Of a DNA stretch of 64,000 nt, positions 55,101-64,000 are shown piece by piece; within the stretch, counting starts at the first letter, position 1; every line of letters starts with the position of its first letter. Location of the stretch: contig JAUCBJ010009141.1 in the NCBI GenBank assembly GCA_032718475.1, positions 62,001-126,000 on the forward strand, read 5' to 3'. The notes beneath the pieces are model-generated. The model worked only from the letters and a program-made list of their open reading frames with translations. It was not told the origin of the DNA and searched no databases. The translations under genes and the position numbers were made by a program. The stretch comes from Nemertoderma westbladi (taxonomy: Eukaryota; Animalia; Xenacoelomorpha).

Positions 55101-58100
55101 ATCTCCCTGTTAATATTGTTGTGTTCTAGAATATTTATTATAGTTTCATCGTATTGCCAAAGTGACTAGAGCTGAAGTTGACTCATAATACAATAATTCA
55201 CCTCAAATATCTCAGCTATTTCATGGACATAATGAAGTATTAAATCCATGTCAAATTCCTTGGTATTTTTCTGCAATAATTTATCGAAATATCCTCTGAT
55301 TTTTTTCAAAAACCATATCAATTTTCATATTTATAACTTCTATCCCACTCCACGAGATAAAGAATCTTAAATGAAAGTCAAAAGAACAGGTAACACTTAC
55401 ATTTATAGAAGTAATCAGCTGTTATTTGCTACATCTTTCCGCTGGAGATGGATGAATTTTGATTGTGTCAGAACACCCCCTATCTGTGGCTGTCTGAGTT
55501 GAGAAATAAGTAGCCTATCTCCCTATTAATATTGTTGTGTTCTAGAATATTTATTATAGTTTCATCGTATTGCTAAAGTGGCTGGAGCTAAAGTTATTAT
55601 GTAATTAATGCAATAATTCACCTCAAATATCTCAGCTATTTCATGAACATAATGAAGTATTAAAGCCATGTCAAAATCCTTGGTGTTTTTATGCAATAAT
55701 TTATCAAAATATCCTCTGATTTTTTACAAAAATCATATCGATTTTCATATTTATAACTTCTATCCCACTCAATGAGATAAAGTATCTCAAATGAAAGTCA
55801 AAAGAACAGGTAACACTTACATTTATAGAAGTAATCAGCTGTTATTTGCTACGTCTTTCCGCTGGAGATGGATTAATTTTGATTGCGTTGGAACACCCCC
55901 TATCTGTGGCTTTCTGAGTGGAGAGATAAGTATCCTATCTCCCTATTAATATTGTTGTGTTCTAGAATATTTTTTATAGTTTAATCGTATTGCCAAAGTG
56001 ACTAGAGCTGAAGTTAACTCATAAAACAATAATTCACCTCAAATATCTCAGCTATTTCATGAACATAATGAAGTATTAAAGCCATGTCAAAATCATTGGT
56101 GTTTTTCTGCAATAATTTATCAAAATATCCTCTGATTTTTTTCAAAAACCACATCGATGTTCATACTTATAACTTCTATCCCACTCCACGAGATAGAGAA
56201 TCTTAAATGAAAGTCAAAAGAACAGGTAACACTTACATTTATAGCAGTAATCAGCTGTTTTTGCTACGTCTTTCCGCTGGAGATGGATGAATTTTGATTG
56301 CGTTGGAACACCCCCTATCTGTGGCTGTCTGAGTGGAGAGATAAGTAGCCTATCTCCCTGTTAATATTGTTGTGTTCTAGAATATTTATTATAGTTTCAT
56401 CGTATTGCCAAAGTGACTATAGAGCTGAAGTTGACTCATAATACAATAAGTCACCTCAAATATCTCAGCTATTTCATGAACATAATGAAGTATTAAATCC
56501 ATGTCAAATTCCTTGGTATTTTTCTGCAATAATTTATCAAAATATCCTCTGATTTTTTTCAAAAACCATATCAATGTTCATACTTATAACTTCTATCCCA
56601 CTCAACGAGATAAAGTATCTTAAATGAAAGTCAAAAGAACAGGTAACACTTACATTTATAGAAGTAATCAGCTGTTATTTGCTACGTCTTTCTGCTGGAG
56701 ATGGATGAATTTTGATTGCGTTGGAACACCCCCTATCTGTGGCTTTCTGAGTGGAGAGATAAGTATCCTATCTGCCTATTAATATTGTTGTGTTCTAGAA
56801 TATTTTTTATAGTTTCATCGTATTGCCAAAGTGACTAGAGCTCAAGTTGTCTCATAATACAATAATTCACCTCAAATATCTCAGCTATTTCATGAACATA
56901 ATGAAGTATTAAATCCATGTCAAAATCCTTGGTATTTTTCTGCAATAATTTATCAAAATATCCTCTGATTTTTTTCAAAAACCACATCGATTTTCTTATT
57001 TATAACTTCTATCCCACTCCACGAGATAGAGAATCTTAAATGAACGTCAAAAGAACAGGTAACACTTACATTTATAGCAGTAATCAGCTGTTATTTGCTA
57101 AGTCTTTCCGCTGGAGATGGATGAATTTTGATTGCGTTGGAACACCCCCTATCTGTGGCTGTCTGAGTGGAGAGATAAGTAGCCTATCTCCCTGTTAATA
57201 TTGTTGTGTTCTAGAATATTTATTACAGTTTCATCGTATTGCCAAAGTGACTAGAGCTGAAGTTAACTCATAATACAATAATTCACCTCAAATATCTCAG
57301 CTATTTCATGAACATAATGAAGTATTAAAGCCATGTCAAAATCATTGGTGTTTTTCTGCAATAATTTATCAAAATATCCTCTGATTTTTTTCAAAAATCA
57401 CATCGATTTTCTTATTTATAACTTCTATCCCACTCCACGAGATAGAGAATCTTAAATGAACGTCAAAAGAACAGGTAACACTTACATTTATAGCAGTAAT
57501 CAGCTGTTGTTTGCTACGTCTTTCCGCTGGAGATGGATGAATTTTGATTGCGTTGGAACACCCCCTATCTGTGGCTGTCTGAGTGGAGAGATAAGTAGCC
57601 TATCTCCCTGTTAATATTGTTGTGTTCTAGAATATTTATTATAGTTTCATCGTATTGCCAAAGTGACTATAGAGCTGAAGTTGACTCATAATACAATAAT
57701 TCACCTCAAATATCTCAGCTATTTCATGAACATAATGAAGTATTAAATCCATGTCAAATTCCTTGGTATTTTTCTGCAATAATTTATCAAAATATCCTCT
57801 GATTTTTTTCAAAAACCATATCAATTTTCATACTTATAACTTCTATCCCACTCAACGAGATAAAGTATCTTAAATGAAAGTCAAAAGAACAGGTAACACT
57901 TACATTTATAGAAGTAATCAGCTGTTATTTGCTACGTCTTTCCGCTGGAGATGGATGAATTTTGATTGCGTTGGAACACCCCCTATCTGTGGCTTTCTGA
58001 GTGGAGAGATAAGTATCCTATCTGCCTATTAATATTGTTGTGTTCTAGAATATTTTTTATAGTTTCATCGTATTGCCGAAGTGACTAGAGCTCAAGTTGT

Positions 58101-61100
58101 CTCATAATACAATAATTCACCTCAAATATCTCAGCTATTTCATGAACATAATGAAGTATTAAATCCATGTCAAAATCATTGGTATTTTTCTGCAATAATT
58201 TATCAAAATATCCTCTGATTTTTTTCAAAAACCACATCGATTTTCTTATTTATAACTTCTATCCCACTCCACGAGATAGAGAATCTTAAATGAACGTCAA
58301 AAGAACAGGTAACACTTACATTTATAGCAGTAATCAGCTGTTATTTGCTACGTCTTTCCGCTGGAGATGGATGAATTTTGATTGCGTTGGAACACCCCCT
58401 ATCTGTGGCTGTCTGAGTGGAGAGATAAGTAGACTATCTCCCTGTTAATATTGTTGTGTTCTAGAATATTTATTATAGTTTCATCGTATTGCCAAAGTGA
58501 CTATAGAGCTGAAGTTGACTCATAATACAATAATTCACCTCAAATATCTCAGCTATTTCATGAACATAATGAAATATTAAATCCATGTCAAATTCCTTGG
58601 TATTTTTCTGCAATAATTTATTAAAATATCCTCTGATTTTTTTCAAAAACCATATCAATTTTCATATTTATAACTTCTATCCCACTCCACGAGATAAAGT
58701 ATCTTAAATGAAAGTCAAAAGAACAGGTAACACTTACATTTATAGAAGTAATCAGCTGTTATTTGCTACGTCTTTCCGCTGGAGATGGATTAATTTTGAT
58801 TGCGTTTCAACACCCCCAATCTGTGGCTTTCTGAGTGGAGAGATAAGTATCCTATCTCCCTATTAATATTGTTGTGTTCTAGAATATTTTTTATAGTTTC
58901 ATCGTATTGCCAAAGTGACTAGAGCTGACGTTAACTCATAATACAATAATTCACCTCAAATATCCCAGCTATTTCATGAACATAATGAAGTATTAAAGCC
59001 ATGTCAACATCCTTGGTGTTTTTCTGCAATAATTTATCAAAATATCCTCTAATTTTTTTCAAAAACCATATCGATTTTCTTATTTATAAGAAATAAAAAA
59101 AGAACAGGTAACACTTACATTTATAGCAGTAATCAGCTGTTATTTGCTACGTCTTTCCGCTGGAGATGGATGAATTTTGATTGCGTTCGAACACCCCCTA
59201 TCTGTGGCTGTCTGAGTGGAGAGATAAGTAGCCTATCTCCCTATTAATATTGTTGTGTTCTAGAATATTTATTATAGTTTCATCGTATTGCCAAAGTGAC
59301 TATAGAGCTGAAGTTGACTCATAATACAATAATTCACCTCAAATATCTCAGCTATTTCATGAACATAATGAAGTATTAAAGCCATGTCAAAATCCTTGGT
59401 GTTTTTCTGCAATAATTTATCAAAATATCCTCTGATTTTTTACAAAAATCATATCGATTTTCATATTTATAACTTCTATCCCACTCAACGAGATAAAGAA
59501 TCTTAAATGAAAGTCAAAAGAACAGGTAACACTTACATTTATAGAAGTAATCAGCTGTTATTTGCTACGTCTTTCCGCTGGAGATGGATGAATTTTGATT
59601 GCGTTCGAACACCCCCTATCTGTGGCTTTCTGAGTGGAGAGATAAGTAGCCTATCTCCCTATTAATATTGTTGTGTTCTAGAATATTTTTTATAGTTTCA
59701 TCGTATTGCCAAAGTGACTAGAGCTGAAGTTAACTCATAATACAATAATTCACCTCAAATATCTCAGCTATTTCATGAACATAATGAAGTATTAAAGCCA
59801 TGTCAAAATCCTTGGTGTTTTTCTGCAATAATTTATCAAAATATCCTCTGATTTTTTACAAAAACCATATCGATTTTCATATTTATAACTTCTATCCCAC
59901 TCCACGAGATAGAGAATCTTAAATGAACGTCAAAAGAACAGGTAACACTTACATTTATAGCAGTAATCAGCTGTTATTTGCTACGTCTTTCCGCTGGAGA
60001 TGGATGAATTTTGATTGCGTTGGAACACCCCCTATCTGTGGCTGTCTGAGTGGAGAGATAAGTAGCCTATCTCCCTGTTAATATTGTTGTGTTCTAGAAT
60101 ATTTATTATAGTTTCATCGTATTGCCAAAGTGACTAGAGCTGAAGTTGACTCATAATACAATAATTCACCTCAAATATCTCAGCTATTTCATGAACATAA
60201 TGAAGTATTAAATCCATGTCAAATTCCTTGGTATTTTTCTGCAATAATTTATCAAAATATCCTCTGATTTTTTTCAAAAACCATATCAATTTTCATATTT
60301 ATAACTTCTATCCCACTCCACGAGATAAAGAATCTTAAATGAAAGTCAAAAGAACAGGTAACACTTACATTTATAGAAGTAATCAGCTGTTATTTGCTAC
60401 GTCTTTCCGCTGGAGATGGATGAATTTTGATTGTGTCAGAACACCCCCTATCTGTGGCTGTCTGAGTTGAGAAATAAGTAGCCTATCTCCCTATTAATAT
60501 TGTTGTGTTCTAGAATATTTATTATAGTTTCATCGTATTGCTAAAGTGGCTGGAGCTAAAGTTATTATGTAATTAATGCAATAATTCACCTCAAATATCT
60601 CAGCTATTTCATGAACATAATGAAGTATTAAAGCCATGTCAAAATCCTTGGTGTTTTTCTGCAATAATTTATCAAAATATCCTCTGATTTTTTACAAAAA
60701 TCATATCGATTTTCATATTTATAACTTCTATCCCACTCAACGAGATAAAGTATCTTAAATGAAAGTCAAAAGAACAGGTAACACTTACATTTATAGAAGT
60801 AATCAGCTGTTATTTGCTACGTCTTTCCGCTGGAGATGGATTAATTTTGATTGCGTTGGAACACCCCCTATCTGTGGCTTTCTGAGTGGAGAGATAAGTA
60901 TCCTATCTCCCTATTAATATTGTTGTGTTCTAGAATATTTTTTATAGTTTCATCGTATTGCCAAAGTGACTAGAGCTGAAGTTAACTCATAATACAATAA
61001 TTCACCTCAAATATCTCAGCTATTTCATGAACATAATGAAGTATTAAAGCCATGTCAAAATCATTGGTGTTTTTCTGCAATAATTTATCAAAATATCCTC

Positions 61101-63676
61101 TGATTTTTTTCAAAAATCACATCGATTTTCTTATTTATAACTTCTATCCCACTCCACGAGATAGAGAATCTTAAATGAACGTCAAAAGAACAGGTAACAC
61201 TTACATTTATAGCAGTAATCAGCTGTTGTTTGCTACGTCTTTCCGCTGGAGATGGATGAATTTTGATTGCGTTGGAACACCCCCTATCTGTGGCTGTCTG
61301 AGTGGAGAGATAAGTAGCCTATCTCCCTGTTAATATTGTTGTGTTCTAGAATATTTATTATAGTTTCATCGTATTGCCAAAGTGACTATAGAGCTGAAGT
61401 TGACTCATAATACAATAATTCACCTCAAATATCTCAGCTATTTCATGAACATAATGAAGTATTAAATCCATGTCAAATTCCTTGGTATTTTTCTGCAATA
61501 ATTTATCAAAATATCCTCTGATTTTTTTCAAAAACCATATCAATTTTCATACTTATAACTTCTATCCCACTCAACGAGATAAAGTATCTTAAATGAAAGT
61601 CAAAAGAACAGGTAACACTTACATTTATAGAAGTAATCAGCTGTTATTTGCTACGTCTTTCCGCTGGAGATGGATGAATTTTGATTGCGTTGGAACACCC
61701 CCTATCTGTGGCTTTCTGAGTGGAGAGATAAGTATCCTATCTGCCTATTAATATTGTTGTGTTCTAGAATATTTTTTATAGTTTCATCGTATTGCCAAAG
61801 TGACTAGAGCTCAAGTTGTCTCATAATACAATAATTCACCTCAAATATCTCAGCTATTTCATGAACATAATGAAGTATTAAATCCATGTCAAAATCCTTG
61901 GTATTTTTCTGCAATAATTTATCAAAATATCCTCTGATTTTTTTCAAAAACCACATCGATTTTCTTATTTATAACTTCTATCCCACTCCACGAGATAGAG
62001 AATCTTAAATGAACGTCAAAAGAACAGGTAACACTTACATTTATAGCAGTAATCAGCTGTTATTTGCTACGTCTTTCCGCTGGAGATGGATGAATTTTGA
62101 TTGCGTTGGAACACCCCCTATCTGTGGCTGTCTGAGTGGAGAGATAAGTAGCCTATCTCCCTGTTAATATTGTTGTGTTCTAGAATATTTATTATAGTTT
62201 CATCGTATTGCCAAAGTGACTAGAGCTGAAGTTGACTCATAATACAATAATTCACCTCAAATATCTCAGCTATTTCATGAACATAATGAAGTATTAAATC
62301 CATGTCAAATTCCTTGGTATTTTTCTGCAATAATTTATCAAAATATCCTCTGATTTTTTTCAAAAACCATATCAATTTTCATATTTATAACTTCTATCCC
62401 ACTCCACGAGATAAAGTATCTTAAATGAAAGTCAAAAGAACAGGTAACACTTACATTTATAGAAGTAATCAGCTGTTATTTGCTACGTCTTTCCGCTGGA
62501 GATGGATTAATTTTGATTGCGTTTCAACACCCCCAATCTGTGGCTTTCTGAGTGGAGAGATAAGTATCCTATCTCCCTATTAATATTGTTGTGTTCTAGA
62601 ATATTTTTTATAGTTTCATCGTATTGCCAAAGTGACTAGAGCTGACGTTAACTCATAATACAATAATTCACCTCAAATATCCCAGCTATTTCATGAACAT
62701 AATGAAGTATTAAAGCCATGTCAACATCCTTGGTGTTTTTCTGCAATAATTTATCAAAATATCCTCTAATTTTTTTCAAAAACCATATCGATTTTCTTAT
62801 TTATAAGAAATAAAAAAAGAACAGGTAACACTTACATTTATAGCAGTAATCAGCTGTTATTTGCTACGTCTTTCCGCTGGAGATGGATGAATTTTGATTG
62901 CGTTGGAACACCCCCTATCTGTGGCTGTCTGAGTGGAGAGATAAGTAGCCTATCTCCCTGTTAATATTGTTGTGTTCTAGAATATTTATTATAGTTTCAT
63001 CATATTGCCAAAGTGACTAGAGCTGAAGTTGACTCATACTACAATAATTCACCTCAAATATCTCAGCTATTTCATGAACATAATGAAGTATTAAATCCAT
63101 GTCAAATTCCTTGGTATTTTTCTGCAATAATTTATTAAAATATCCTCTGATTTTTTCAAAAACCATATCAATTTTCATATTTATAACTTCTATCCCACTC
63201 CACGAGATAAAGAATCTTAAATGAAAGTCAAAAGAACAGGTAACACTTACATTTATAGAAGTAATCAGCTGTTATTTTCTACGTCTTTCCGCTGGAGATG
63301 GATGAATTTTGATTGTGTCAGAACACCCCCTATCTGTGGCTGTCTGAGTTGAGAAATAAGTTGCCTATCTCCCTATTAATATTGTTGTGTTCTAGAATAT
63401 TTATTATAGTTTCATCGTATTGCTAAAGTGGCTGGAGCTAAAGTTATTATGTAATTAATGCAATAATTCACCTCAAATATCTCAGCTATTTCATGAACAT
63501 AATGAAGTATTAAAGCCATGTCAAAATCCTTGGTGTTTTTCTGCAATAATTTATCAAAATATCCTCTGATTTTTTACAAAAATCATATCGATTTTCATAT
63601 TTATAACTTATATCCCACTCAACGAGATAAAGTATCTTAAATGAAAGTCAAAAGAACAGGTAACACTTACATTTAT
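37108..63676. repeat. ~416-bp satellite array, block 4 (~64 monomers) with 5-mer and 9-mer higher-order units
   Basis: A marker variant recurs at 41836, 43921, 46004 and 48088, and at 54304, 56389 and 58473 (2083-2085 bp apart). Rare variants at ~58800-59100 are duplicated at ~62520-62820 (3719 bp). Confidence 0.98.
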
Positions 63677-64000
63677 TCGTTAAGGCGGCCGATATCCGCC
63701 GCCTAATCAGCCGCAGGGTGGCGTTGTGGCGCTCTGGCGAGATCGAAGCCCTCTTACAAGAGGCTGAGCGAGGCTCCCCTGGGCGCACTACAGGAAGGCG
63801 TGCAGGAACCCAACCCCCCAATTCGGATAAAGAACACACAGTCCGTGTGTTTACGAGACTAATGTTGGAGGGGAAGGTAAGAAACGCAGTCCGCTGGGTG
63901 ACCAGTCGGGAGTCCGGAGGCGTGTTGGACCCAGAGTCCGATATCGAAGTTGGTCAGCAAAGAGTCAAAGTACTCGATGTTCTTCGGAATAAACACCCGG
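63677..64000 (+). mobile_element. 5'-truncated CRE-clade-like (RLE-type) non-LTR retrotransposon, pre-RT region; runs off the window
   Basis: GC-rich open frame from 63676, not in the ORF track: FVKAADIRRLISRRVALWRSGEIEALLQEAER...RVFTRLMLEGKVRNAVRWV...GGVLDP...VLDVLRNKHP. It matches the recalled RR..LW..G...LL.E / F..LML.GKV..A.R / GGVL / L..KHP pattern that precedes the RT in CRE elements. Confidence 0.75.

Noticed and set aside
583-61543. Recurring 61-93-aa ORFs (MIWFLKKIRGYFDK..., MSKSLVFF...) as a tandem gene family
   Set aside because: They are translations of the satellite monomer. The 416-bp period is not a multiple of 3, most copies have internal stops, a common +2-bp variant shifts the frame, many starts are non-ATG, and no domain is recognisable. 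Distant origin from a coding sequence cannot be excluded without a profile search.
63648-63839. Minus-strand 63-aa ORF at the window end
   Set aside because: It is antisense to the CRE-like plus-strand frame and crosses the junction into the satellite.

Overview
This is a eukaryotic, probably invertebrate, AT-rich heterochromatic or centromere-like window with no host genes. About 45 kb is a tandem satellite of ~416-bp monomers (~108 copies in four blocks) with local 5-mer (~2.08 kb) and 9-mer (~3.72 kb) higher-order units. The array is interrupted four times. (1) A one-ended TTAA-flanked, Kolobok-like non-autonomous DNA element at 1540-2442. (2) A 16.2-kb composite at 12363-28548: a 5'-truncated LINE on the minus strand fused directly into the gag of a decayed BEL/Pao LTR retrotransposon that lacks its 5' LTR. 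The BEL element has an unusually long 3' region holding a decayed unknown ORF, a pair of palindromic sites, a hAT (hATm-like) transposase fragment, a piggyBac MITE and a putative ~2.6-kb 3' LTR. (3) A 1.56-kb piggyBac-type MITE with internal ~164-bp tandem repeats at 35547-37107. (4) The start of a CRE-clade-like non-LTR retrotransposon at 63677 to the window end, missed by the ORF track. The most notable observations are that four unrelated elements have junctions in the same ~40-bp segment of the monomer, and that two hairpin or recombination-site-like palindromes with an identical 9-nt spacer and a compensatory stem change bracket a cassette in the BEL 3' region. Family assignments rest on recalled motifs, not database searches.
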